Assembly: GCA_023382875.1 (NCBI GenBank)
Contig: JAHDXH010000003.1
Location: 7,608-71,607 of the forward strand
Length of the DNA: 64,000 nt
Direction of reading: 5' to 3'
Origin: Patescibacteria group bacterium
GTDB taxonomy: Bacteria > Patescibacteriota > Microgenomatia > UBA1400 > PJMF01
The translations under genes were made by a program, and so were the position numbers. The notes below the pieces were generated by a model. That model had not been told where the DNA came from. It saw nothing but the letters and a program-made list of their open reading frames with translations, and made no database searches. Below are positions 18,098 through 27,195 of this stretch, piece after piece (within the stretch, counting starts at the first letter, position 1; each line of letters begins with the position of its first letter).

Positions 18098-18808
18098 ATG
18101 GTATCTGCAGTGTTCGTACCAACCAACAGTCGTGCCCCTCGCTGCATCGATGGCCGTAAGGCCATTATGTTTGTCGAGTGGGATAAGGATGCTCAGAAGT
18201 GGGTTGTCGCTAAGCGCGGCGAACAAGCAGGCAAAGAGCTTGGCCCACAGTTTTTGGGCGCAGGCTTAATGTTTGTTCGCATTCTGCAAGAAGTGGCAAA
18301 CATGTCTTTGGTTGCCGCTTTTGAGCGGGTCGAGCATGTCTTCAGTGTTCTGGGCTGGACACCGCAAATTCATATGGATGATCACCATGGTGAATACGAT
18401 TTCCTCAAGATGAGTGACGAGGAAGTCGTGGAAACGGTAGTTGGTCGCTATATTGAAGGTTGTGGTTTCGCCAAGTACGCTTGGGGAGACGAAGCCACCG
18501 ATGTCTTGCACATGGCTGTTGAGCGCAAGTGGCGCATCCAAATTTTAACCGGGGAGCATGAAGAAAAGGGTGCGAGCAAAAACCTGCGCGCCAGCACCAC
18601 CTTCAAAACTCCGCTCCGTGGTGGAAAAACACAATTCAATATCGACATGGGTGATACGAGGTTGGTGCTGATGCTTATCGCATTCACCAACCCCTTCCAG
18701 ACCGATTTCTACCAGAAGGCAGTCGAGTGGGTTCACAACACCTACGACGACGTGGTGATTGCCTTGGGCGGCGTAAGCAAAGCCTCAGAAATCAAGTCGA
18801 TTTATTAG
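18098..18808 (+). CDS. Zeta/CdCA1-type carbonic anhydrase-like protein 3 (paralog of 16418..17119)
   Basis: 'RCIDGR', 'GPQFLGAG', 'IHMDDHHG', 'GCGFAKYAWG' and 'LTGEHEEKG'. ATG 18098 after AGAAAGG aligns with the paralog start. Confidence 0.75.
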   Translation: MVSAVFVPTNSRAPRCIDGRKAIMFVEWDKDAQKWVVAKRGEQAGKELGPQFLGAGLMFVRILQEVANMSLVAAFERVEHVFSVLGWTPQIHMDDHHGEYDFLKMSDEEVVETVVGRYIEGCGFAKYAWGDEATDVLHMAVERKWRIQILTGEHEEKGASKNLRASTTFKTPLRGGKTQFNIDMGDTRLVLMLIAFTNPFQTDFYQKAVEWVHNTYDDVVIALGGVSKASEIKSIY

Positions 18809-18836
18809 GTTTTTTTCACCTCTACCAACAAAAACC

Positions 18837-18916
18837 TTGAGGCGGACAGTCAATGTTCGCTTCAAAGTCAGTTTCTATTTCAAATTATTGAAGTAAACGC
18901 TGATCTTGAAGCGAAC
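18837..18916. repeat. Three-part 11-bp inverted/direct repeat
   Basis: TTGAGGCGGAC (18837), GTTCGCTTCAA (18855) and TTGAAGCGAAC (18906); the middle copy is complementary to both flanks. Confidence 0.7.
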
Positions 18917-18941
18917 GAATTTAAGGAAGTCTTTTAATACT

Positions 18942-18988
18942 AAACTCCTCACAGCAGAAATATTTTCTGAAATGTGGGGAGTTTTTTT
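18942..18988 (+). terminator. Intrinsic terminator after the carbonic anhydrase cluster
   Basis: AAACTCCTCACA...TGTGGGGAGTTT stem followed by a T run. Confidence 0.75.
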
Positions 18989-19042
18989 AGTTTAATTTAA
19001 GATTGAGCTTTGATAATAATTGGACAATGCTAAGATAGGAAC

Positions 19043-20440
19043 ATGGCCAAATCATCAACAATGTACGTCTGTCAAAAATGTGAACAAACTTTTGCTAAGT
19101 GGCAAGGGCGTTGTGATAACTGTGGGGCTTGGAATACTTTGGTTGAACAAGTAGTAGAAAAGAAGAGTAAAGGACTTGAAAGTGCTAAAAACATCAAAGC
19201 TGGCGATTTTTTAGTAAAACTACCAGATGTGGACGCACTGGAAGGCCATAAAAAACGTCTTTCTACTGGAATCGGAGAGTTTGATCGGGTGTTGGGCGGT
19301 TCGTGGGACAGCGATAATGATAAAAGTAATGGCAGTGGTATCGTTCCAGGAGCTGTAGTTTTGATTGGTGGCGAGCCGGGTATTGGTAAAAGTACTTTGC
19401 TTACTCAGTTAGTAATAAATTTATCCGCTAGTGATGAAATTGGTAAAATTCTCTATGTTTGCGGAGAAGAGAGTCCAAGCCAAATTGGCCTAAGAATAAA
19501 TAGAATAATCCAAAAAGAACACAAAAAATTTGAAAATAAAAAAGACAAAATTGTTTTTGTTACTGCCACCGATGTAGATACAGTATGCCAAATTATTAAA
19601 ACTGAGCGACCATCTTTATTGATTGTAGATAGTATTCAAACCCTTACTACAGAAGAATTGAGCGGTGCCGCTGGTTCAGCTGGACAAATTAGAGAGACAG
19701 CAGATAGATTGACTGATACGGTAAAACCACTTCATATCCCCACATTTTTGGTTGGACATGTCACCAAAGAAGGTGAGATTGCTGGACCCAAAATCTTGGA
19801 ACACATTGTTGATGCCGTGCTGGAGTTGTCGGGTGACCGAACTGGCGATCTAAGAATTTTGCGTGCTGTCAAAAATCGCTTCGGTGCCACTGACGAAGTG
19901 GGTGTTTTCAAAATCAACGAAGTTGGCTTGCAAGAAGTTTCCAATCCCAGTCAAATCTTTCTTGAATATGCTGAACAAGGTGTTCCTGGCAGTAGTACTG
20001 TTTGTATTATGGAGGGAACCAGACCATTGCTAGTTGAGGTACAAGCCTTGGTTCTTCAATCACAGTTGGCCATGCCAAGGAGAGTGGGCAGGGGAGTAGA
20101 ACTATCAAGGATTCAGGTTTTATCCGCCATTTTGGAAAAACATGCTAAATTACCTTTGGGTTTTAGTGATGTTTTTTTGTCAGTTGCAGGTGGGATCACC
20201 GTAAAAGAGCCGGCGGTTGATTTGGGACTAGCTGTAGCAATCGCTAGTTCTTTAAAAAATAAAATTTTACCCAAAAAGACAATTTTCGTTGGTGAAGTCG
20301 GTCTTTTAGGAGAAATAAGAAATGTCTCATATATAGAAAGACGGATCAAAGAAGCAAAAAGGCTGGGGTACACCAATGTCATTTCAAGAAAGACTCACGC
20401 TAGAGTAAAAGATGTGCTCAAAGAACTAGAACTTCTTTAA
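19043..20440 (+). CDS. radA: DNA repair protein RadA/Sms
   Basis: C4 zinc finger 'CQKC...WQGRCDNCGAWNT', Walker A 'GGEPGIGKST', 'KNRFG' and a Lon-like C-terminus. Confidence 0.97.
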   Translation: MAKSSTMYVCQKCEQTFAKWQGRCDNCGAWNTLVEQVVEKKSKGLESAKNIKAGDFLVKLPDVDALEGHKKRLSTGIGEFDRVLGGSWDSDNDKSNGSGIVPGAVVLIGGEPGIGKSTLLTQLVINLSASDEIGKILYVCGEESPSQIGLRINRIIQKEHKKFENKKDKIVFVTATDVDTVCQIIKTERPSLLIVDSIQTLTTEELSGAAGSAGQIRETADRLTDTVKPLHIPTFLVGHVTKEGEIAGPKILEHIVDAVLELSGDRTGDLRILRAVKNRFGATDEVGVFKINEVGLQEVSNPSQIFLEYAEQGVPGSSTVCIMEGTRPLLVEVQALVLQSQLAMPRRVGRGVELSRIQVLSAILEKHAKLPLGFSDVFLSVAGGITVKEPAVDLGLAVAIASSLKNKILPKKTIFVGEVGLLGEIRNVSYIERRIKEAKRLGYTNVISRKTHARVKDVLKELELL

Positions 20441-20529
20441 ATAATGGTTTGGTAAAAATTCGGTTAGCTAAAAAAGCACATAAGGTAATAGCTGACCTAA
20501 AAAACTAGTAAAACCTATGCTTTTGGAGA

Positions 20530-22752
20530 TTACTTAACTTTGCCGTACTTTTCGCGAGAGGCGCGAATGACCTTTTCTTTATTCCCATTTTTGCTTTTGG
20601 CAGGTGGTAGGGTGAGAGCAGGGAATGGCCTAGAAACGATATTGTCGATGGAAATTTTATTGATAACCTGATGTCTACTTAATGAAACCAAATCTTCGCT
20701 AGTATATTTTTCACCATATTCCTTGGCAAAAACACTGGCATCATCAGAGCCCATGACAAAACTGGCCATAGTTCCACAGTTGCCGAAGATGGCCTTTTGT
20801 ACCTCCTCTGGAATTTGAGCAATATACTGGTTGGCCAAAATTAGATTGAGGCGATATTTTCTAGCTTCAGAGAGAATTTTGTTGAATGATTCAGTGGCAA
20901 AGTTTTGGAACTCGTCGACATAGAGGAAAAAATCGCGTCTTTCTTCTTCTGAAATATAGACTCTACCCATAGCCGCCAGCTGAATTTTAGTAATTAACAT
21001 GGCGCCTAAGAGAGTGGCGTTATCTTCTCCAAGTTTTCCTTGAGAGAGATTAACCAATAAAATTTTACCCTCATTCATAATTTGCTCGATGGAAAACGAG
21101 CTTTTTTGTGTATTAACCACATTGCGAATGATAGGAGAGGTCACAAATTGACCAATTTTATTCAAAATAGGAGCAATAGCTTCGGTCATTTGTTTGGGCT
21201 GCATTTTGGCAAATTCACCAGTCCAAAAACTTTTCAAAATTGGATCATCAAGATTTTCGACGATGTTATCTCTAAATTTTTCATTGGTCAAAAGGTCGAT
21301 GATGTCTGACATTTTTGCGCTCTTACTTTGAAGCAAAGTGAGTAGAGCATTACGCAAAATATACTCAAGTCTTGGTCCCCAAGAATAAGCATAGAGTTTA
21401 TGGAAAATTGAGATAATACCAGAGGCGATTAACTCACGGTGTTGCACATTTTCACCTTCAAAAAGATTGAGTTTAATGGTTCTCTCTGTATCGCCAGGGT
21501 CAAAATAAACAACGTCATTAATTCTTTTGGATGGAATGTAGTCGAGAAGTGTCTCAACTAGGTCTCCATGTGGATCGATCACACAAAGTCCCTCGCCGTT
21601 TTTTAAGTCATTGATAGCCATATTGGCCAGCATGGTTGATTTTCCGGTACCGGTTTTTCCAATCACATACATATGGCGACGACGGTCAGCGCGCTTAAGG
21701 CCATAGACGACTTCTTGATTTTTATAAATGACTTTGGCGTAAGGATTAATTTCTTTTTTAAGAGCTGAATCCATGTCTCGAATGACAATAGGTAGGTTTT
21801 CTGGTGGTTCTCCCAATAAATTTTTTCCCCAAGCAATATTGGGAATAGTGGAGAGGTTGGCATTGGGTAAGTGGAAAATTGTAGCCAGCTCGTCAAGACT
21901 TAAGTTGAAATTGTTGGTCAGGCCAAAGCTGCGATTTTTGATGTCTCTAATGAATAAATTCTTGAACAAAAAGCTCTTCCATAGGTAGAAGCTATTACTT
22001 TCTGATTGAGTAATAGCTTGGAAAGAATTGGTTAAATTTTCTAGTAAAATGTCGGCTCGGTCTTGATTGTTAGAAGCCACCATCAAACGAATGGCGGTCT
22101 TTAAAGCAGTTGTTTTGAGTTTTTTTTGAATTAAGTCTTTTTGGGGATGAGTTTCTTTGGTAGTAGAGGAGCCAGTCAGTTCGTCGGCAATATTGAGGTT
22201 TTTTTTATCGACTTGAGTGTAACCTTTGCTGCGCCAGCCGAGGTTATTTTTGGAAATGACTAATTGAATACCGACTTTGTCAAAAGGACCGGCTTTGGCT
22301 AAGACAGATAAGACCGTTGCCAAAGGATCAATATTAGTAAAGTCCTTGTAATCTTTGAGGGGTAAATAATCAGGGCCAGTGAGTTTGAGATGGCCAAGAC
22401 TCAAATAAGTACTTTTGTCACTTAAATATTGGAGTTGATCTTGATGCTTATGAATATTAACAAAGTGATCCAAAGGGTCAAAATCAAGTTGATTGATCAT
22501 TATTTCCGGATAACTAGCTTGAAGAAGACTTCTCAAGTATTCTGCTAATCTCTCTGGAACGTAGCACAAAAAATAAATTGTTTGACTTAATGACAAAATC
22601 TCAAAACTTAAGTGTTCATCTTGATTGAGTAATTTGTAGTAAAGATTATGGCGAAGCTTGGGTAGGGTAGCAAAGAGTTGAGCCGCTGTCTCTGGGGTGT
22701 GTTCAGCGTCTCGACCGGTTCTCAGCTCAAGAATAACGTGTCTAGAAGACAT
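20530..22752 (-). CDS. VirD4/TraD(TrwB)-like coupling-protein ATPase
   Basis: 'DRRRHMYVIGKTGTGKST', 'IDPHGD', 'LYVDEFQNF', 'SEARKYRL' and 'ANQY'. Confidence 0.9.
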   Translation of the reverse strand: MSSRHVILELRTGRDAEHTPETAAQLFATLPKLRHNLYYKLLNQDEHLSFEILSLSQTIYFLCYVPERLAEYLRSLLQASYPEIMINQLDFDPLDHFVNIHKHQDQLQYLSDKSTYLSLGHLKLTGPDYLPLKDYKDFTNIDPLATVLSVLAKAGPFDKVGIQLVISKNNLGWRSKGYTQVDKKNLNIADELTGSSTTKETHPQKDLIQKKLKTTALKTAIRLMVASNNQDRADILLENLTNSFQAITQSESNSFYLWKSFLFKNLFIRDIKNRSFGLTNNFNLSLDELATIFHLPNANLSTIPNIAWGKNLLGEPPENLPIVIRDMDSALKKEINPYAKVIYKNQEVVYGLKRADRRRHMYVIGKTGTGKSTMLANMAINDLKNGEGLCVIDPHGDLVETLLDYIPSKRINDVVYFDPGDTERTIKLNLFEGENVQHRELIASGIISIFHKLYAYSWGPRLEYILRNALLTLLQSKSAKMSDIIDLLTNEKFRDNIVENLDDPILKSFWTGEFAKMQPKQMTEAIAPILNKIGQFVTSPIIRNVVNTQKSSFSIEQIMNEGKILLVNLSQGKLGEDNATLLGAMLITKIQLAAMGRVYISEEERRDFFLYVDEFQNFATESFNKILSEARKYRLNLILANQYIAQIPEEVQKAIFGNCGTMASFVMGSDDASVFAKEYGEKYTSEDLVSLSRHQVINKISIDNIVSRPFPALTLPPAKSKNGNKEKVIRASREKYGKVK

Positions 22753-22921
22753 AGTAATAGTATATAGAAGTCAAGGCAAATAGGCTAGTTATTCACTCAA
22801 TAGTTTTTCCATATTTACTAACACTTCAAAATCAGTGTTGATAACTTTTTATTCAAATCTGGTTTTTGTTAACAAATAAAATTATGAGATACCTAAAAAA
22901 TAGAGGAGAATAAATTATAGG

Positions 22922-22950
22922 TTGACCAAAGTAATAAAAGTAGTTATACT
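22922..22950 (+). promoter_or_regulatory. Sigma70-type promoter with no ORF downstream
   Basis: TTGACC-17 nt-TATACT. Confidence 0.65.
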
Positions 22951-22956
22951 CGACTA

Positions 22957-23233
22957 AGAACGTTAAAAAAGATAAAAAAAGAGCCAAGGTAAACCTTGAC
23001 TCTTCACAAACAAAAAAAGCATTAATACCGCTGGACAGGCCACGAGTAACAATGCTTTTCTTGAAACTTACAGCATGAATTAATCATGCTCCATGTGAAT
23101 ATAGTAGGGTGTTTTTGTACTCAGGGCAACTAGATCTTATTATTATCTTTTATATACAAATAGCAGAGTTGGCAGTCTCTAAGCGGAGGTTCGACAGTTG
23201 GGCAGGCAGCCGAGCCTCCACTTAGGGATTTTT
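22957..23233 (+). ncRNA. Candidate structured small RNA (unassigned)
   Basis: Bounded by a near-consensus promoter and an 18-bp GC-rich hairpin plus T5 (23176-23233); internal hairpins; no ORF of 60 aa or more. Confidence 0.3.
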
Positions 23234-23260
23234 GACAAAGTTATCAAAGAGTGCGATAAT
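23232..23260 (+). promoter_or_regulatory. Sigma70 promoter for rho
   Basis: TTGACA-17 nt-GATAAT with an extended TG. Confidence 0.75.
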
Positions 23261-23369
23261 TGCTCGTACTTCAGACAAATAGTTCTTCCGTCGTGAATTT
23301 ATTTTTCAAAAATTAGTAAATAATTAGTTATGTGCCCATTAGTAGGGCGTTTTCATAAAATAAAACCTT

Positions 23370-24758
23370 ATGTCAGATGATTTAAATCAAATCATTGGTC
23401 AACCTCCTGTAGATGATGTTGATCAAGAAATAGCAGAGACCCAAGCAGATCAAGCTGATCAAATTGAAATCCAAGCTTTAAAAGAAGAAAAAAAAGAAGA
23501 TAAGTCAGTTTCAAAAGAAACTACCTCCAAAGAAAACACTCCCGTTTCTAAACCGAAAATTGTTCCAGTTGCGCCACTCAAACCATCTTTAATGAGACCA
23601 AAGAAAAAAGAGATGGAAGATGATGGCCCAGCCGAAACCGTTCGTGGTGTTTTAGACCTCTCTAGAGATGGTCATGGTGTGTTGCGTCCAGAATTTTCTG
23701 AATCAGAGCGTGATATCTATATTTCTAACTCTCAAATCCGTCGTTTCAAATTACAGGGTGGAGACATGGTTGAAGGTCCAGGTCGTGCTCCTAAGGAAAA
23801 TGAGCGCTATTGGGGTTTACTCAAGGTTGAAAGAGTGAACGACCGCGATGTCGAAGACCATATCAAAAACTTTGACAAAGTTAAATTTCACCGCTTAACA
23901 CCAGTTTATCCAGATCAACAAATCAAATTAGAGATCGGTGAAGAGCCATTGTCTCTTAGAATCATTGATTTGGTTGCTCCAATTGGTAAAGGTCAGAGAA
24001 GTTTGATCGTTTCGCCACCTAAGGCTGGTAAAACCACCTTGCTCAAAGATATCGCTACTGGTATCGCTAGAAATCATCCAGAGATTCATTTAATGGCTGT
24101 TTTGGTGGGTGAGAGACCTGAGGAAGTCACTGACATCAGAAGGCATATTAGTCACATTACAGGTGGCAAGGGTGAAACCGCTGCTAGTAACTTTGACGAA
24201 CCAGCCAAAGACCAATGCCGTGTGGCTGAATTAGCTTTGGAAAAAGCCAAAAGAATGGTAGAAACCGGCAAAGATGTAGTGATCTTGCTTGACTCTATTA
24301 CTAGATTGGCTCGGGCTTATAACTTATCTATTCCTACTTCTGGTCGTACTTTGTCTGGCGGTTTTGACCCAGCAGCTTTGTTCCCACCAAAGAAATTCTT
24401 TGGTGCCGCTCGTAACTTTGAAGTTCAAGGTAGTTTGACTATCATTGCCACAGCTTTGGTCGAGACTGGTTCTAGAATGGATGACTTGGTTTTCGAAGAG
24501 TTCAAGGGTACTGGTAACCAAGAAGTTAGTTTGGACAGAAGATTGGCTGAGAGAAGAATTTACCCAGCTATTAATGTTCAAAAATCAGGCACTAGAAGAG
24601 ATGATTTATTATTCGATCCAGTTACTTATCAATCAGTTATTACTCTGCAAAGAATGATGGACATGGTTGATGGGGATGACAGAACCATGACTTTAATCAC
24701 TCAAATGAAGAGAAGTAAGACTAATAAAGACTTCTTGGCTTCTTTGAAATCTGGTTAA
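23370..24758 (+). CDS. rho: Transcription termination factor Rho
   Basis: '[12 protein letters not shown]', 'APIGKGQR', 'PPKAGKT', 'ERPEEVTD', '[11 protein letters not shown]' and 'FKGTGN'. Confidence 0.97.
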   Translation: MSDDLNQIIGQPPVDDVDQEIAETQADQADQIEIQALKEEKKEDKSVSKETTSKENTPVSKPKIVPVAPLKPSLMRPKKKEMEDDGPAETVRGVLDLSRDGHGVLRPEFSESERDIYISNSQIRRFKLQGGDMVEGPGRAPKENERYWGLLKVERVNDRDVEDHIKNFDKVKFHRLTPVYPDQQIKLEIGEEPLSLRIIDLVAPIGKGQRSLIVSPPKAGKTTLLKDIATGIARNHPEIHLMAVLVGERPEEVTDIRRHISHITGGKGETAASNFDEPAKDQCRVAELALEKAKRMVETGKDVVILLDSITRLARAYNLSIPTSGRTLSGGFDPAALFPPKKFFGAARNFEVQGSLTIIATALVETGSRMDDLVFEEFKGTGNQEVSLDRRLAERRIYPAINVQKSGTRRDDLLFDPVTYQSVITLQRMMDMVDGDDRTMTLITQMKRSKTNKDFLASLKSG

Positions 24759-24793
24759 GTCGCAGTTAGGTCGTAGCTGATATAATTTCTTTA

Positions 24794-25912
24794 ATGGCTC
24801 AGATTACGATTCGTTTTCGTCTACCTAAATTTTTTTTGGAGATCCCAATTTTTCTAAGCTTCATTAGAAGATATGTTAGATTAAGGGGTTATCGTTTCTT
24901 TTCTCGTTTTGAAGTAGGGAAGGACTTTTTGGTTGACATTCTTTATCAAAAACGTGGTCGTTATGCCAGACCTTTTCTTCATTTTGGCACGATTAGTTTG
25001 CTTTTCTTTGTCATTACCTTTGGTCCAATTATTTTTGCTCAAAGTGATAACTTAGATCAAGAAGCGGGTGGGGGAGTTTTGGCTTTAGGTACTGATTTTA
25101 CGACTGACTTTTATACTCTTCAGGCAGAAGAAGTGCGTCAATATCGTGGTGGTGAAACTACTACCCACATTGTCCAAGATGGTGAAACTATTGCTTCAAT
25201 CGCAGCTCGTTATGGATTGGAATCAAGTACAATCCTTTGGGAAAACAATCTAACCGCCTCTAGTAAGATTAAACCTGGTCAAGAGTTAGTGATTTTGCCA
25301 GTTGATGGTGTGCGACATAAAGTTAAAAAGGGTGAAACTATTTACACCATTGGTAAAAAGTATGGACTTGAGGATACTCAAGCTCAGGTAATTGTCGACT
25401 ATCCGTTTAATGAATTTTTGAATGACGAGACTTTCGAGTTGGCTACCGGCCAATTTTTGATGGTTCCTGGTGGTGTGATGCCTAACGCTCCAGTCACCAC
25501 AAGACCGGTGGCAGTAGTGATTACGCCTGATGCTGGTGCGGTTTCTGGTACTGGTAGTTTTGTCTGGCCGGCTGCGGGTCGTATTACTCAGGGTTATAGT
25601 TTCTACCACAAAGCCTTTGACATTGCTAACAAGAGTGGAGGACCGATTTTGGCCGCAGATTCTGGTACGGTTGTGATCGCAGGATGGGTTGATAATTCGG
25701 GCTATGGTAACAGAGTGATGATTGACCATGGCAACGGATATGTTACTCTATACGGTCACATGAGCGTTGTTCAGGTTAGACCAGGTCAAAGAGTTAACCG
25801 CGGCGATGTTTTGGGACAAATGGGAAGTACTGGTCGTTCAACTGGTACCCATTTACACTTCGAAATTAGATCTGGAGGCGGACTTTTGAATCCAGGTAAT
25901 TTCTTGAAATAA
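24794..25912 (+). CDS. LysM-containing M23 family peptidoglycan peptidase
   Basis: TM, two LysM repeats, 'HKAFDIA' (HxxxD), 'YGHM' and 'GRSTGTHLHFEIR'. Confidence 0.93.
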   Translation: MAQITIRFRLPKFFLEIPIFLSFIRRYVRLRGYRFFSRFEVGKDFLVDILYQKRGRYARPFLHFGTISLLFFVITFGPIIFAQSDNLDQEAGGGVLALGTDFTTDFYTLQAEEVRQYRGGETTTHIVQDGETIASIAARYGLESSTILWENNLTASSKIKPGQELVILPVDGVRHKVKKGETIYTIGKKYGLEDTQAQVIVDYPFNEFLNDETFELATGQFLMVPGGVMPNAPVTTRPVAVVITPDAGAVSGTGSFVWPAAGRITQGYSFYHKAFDIANKSGGPILAADSGTVVIAGWVDNSGYGNRVMIDHGNGYVTLYGHMSVVQVRPGQRVNRGDVLGQMGSTGRSTGTHLHFEIRSGGGLLNPGNFLK

Positions 25913-25913
25913 T

Positions 25914-27146
25914 ATGATTGATTTAGTTAAATTGCTTTTAATAGCCGGAGATGGTGGCAATGGCCGCGTTTCTTTTTATCGTGCCAAATTTATTACCAAG
26001 GGTGGTCCTGATGGTGGTTACGGTGGTAATGGTGGCGATATTATTTTTGTTGGTGATAAACATACTTCTACTTTGAAACACTTGGCTGGTGTGACCGAAA
26101 TTGTGGCTAATAAGGGTGGTCACGGAGGTAAAAAGAAGATGCACGGTGCTGATGCCGAGCCGATATTTGTTAAAGTGCCGGTTGGTACAACTTTGTGGTC
26201 TATCGCTGAAAACGACTTAGCCAAGCGAAGAAGAACTGGAATTAGCTTGAGTCGACCTTTTTCCAAAAATGAAGTCCGTTTTGAGACTTATGAAGTAGAA
26301 AGAGAAACGATTTCTCCTTCTGAGCGCGATGTGGCTGGACTTGATCATGTTTATGATGAAAATGCTTTGGATCAAGATTTTAAGATTAAAAACCTCAATA
26401 TTAACGATGTTGCAAAAGAAAAATTAGTCGAAATAACTGAAGACGGTCAAGAAGTAGTGGTTTGTCAGGGTGGTTTTGGTGGACGAGGTAATATCGCTTT
26501 CAAAAATTCTCGCAATACTACACCAATGGAAGCAGAATATGGAACACAGGGTGAGAGAAGAGTGGTTTTAGTGGAACTAAAATTATTAGCTAACGTTGGT
26601 TTGGTTGGTTTTCCTAATGCAGGTAAGAGTACCTTAATTAGCAAAATAACCAAAGCAAATCCTAAGATAGCTAATTATCCATTCACCACTCTGGAGCCTC
26701 ATCTGGGCATTTTAGAAACTGCCGGTGGTCGTGAACTCATTATAGCGGATATTCCGGGATTAGTAGAAGGGGCAAGTGAAGGTAAAGGTCTAGGTTTTTC
26801 TTTCCTTCGTCATGTGGAGGCTTGTCAGGTTTTACTTTTTGTCTTGGCACTTGAAGAAAGTGTAATCTTTGATGAAAGTGTTTCTTTATCACAAAAGGCA
26901 GAACAACTTTGGTCAGAATACCAAACTCTCAAAAATGAACTTGGTCAATACGGAGAAGCCATGCTTACTAAACCTCACTTCATTGGTTTGAACAAAGTTG
27001 ACTTGTATAGCCAAGAATTAAGAGACGAAATCGAAAAGTTGTTTGCCCAAAAGAGTGAAAAATTCGAATTCTTTAGTGGTTTTACTGGTGAAAACCTCGA
27101 CAAGATCGGAACAATTTTGGTCCGATTGGTTGACGAGTATATTTAA
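25914..27146 (+). CDS. obgE: GTPase ObgE/CgtA
   Basis: Gly-rich Obg fold 'GGPDGG.GG.GG', 'GFPNAGKST', 'YPFTT', 'DIPG' and 'NKVD'. Confidence 0.96.
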   Translation: MIDLVKLLLIAGDGGNGRVSFYRAKFITKGGPDGGYGGNGGDIIFVGDKHTSTLKHLAGVTEIVANKGGHGGKKKMHGADAEPIFVKVPVGTTLWSIAENDLAKRRRTGISLSRPFSKNEVRFETYEVERETISPSERDVAGLDHVYDENALDQDFKIKNLNINDVAKEKLVEITEDGQEVVVCQGGFGGRGNIAFKNSRNTTPMEAEYGTQGERRVVLVELKLLANVGLVGFPNAGKSTLISKITKANPKIANYPFTTLEPHLGILETAGGRELIIADIPGLVEGASEGKGLGFSFLRHVEACQVLLFVLALEESVIFDESVSLSQKAEQLWSEYQTLKNELGQYGEAMLTKPHFIGLNKVDLYSQELRDEIEKLFAQKSEKFEFFSGFTGENLDKIGTILVRLVDEYI

Positions 27147-27195
27147 CTTTCTAACTTAATCACGCTTTTTTAATCAACACTTTGTTAGTTGGTGT

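Noticed and set aside
23176-23233. tRNA or SRP RNA (contains GGTTCGA and GCAG)
   Set aside because: It folds as one long hairpin with no cloverleaf or CCA end and lacks the SRP GNRA-capped domain IV; kept only as an unassigned RNA candidate.
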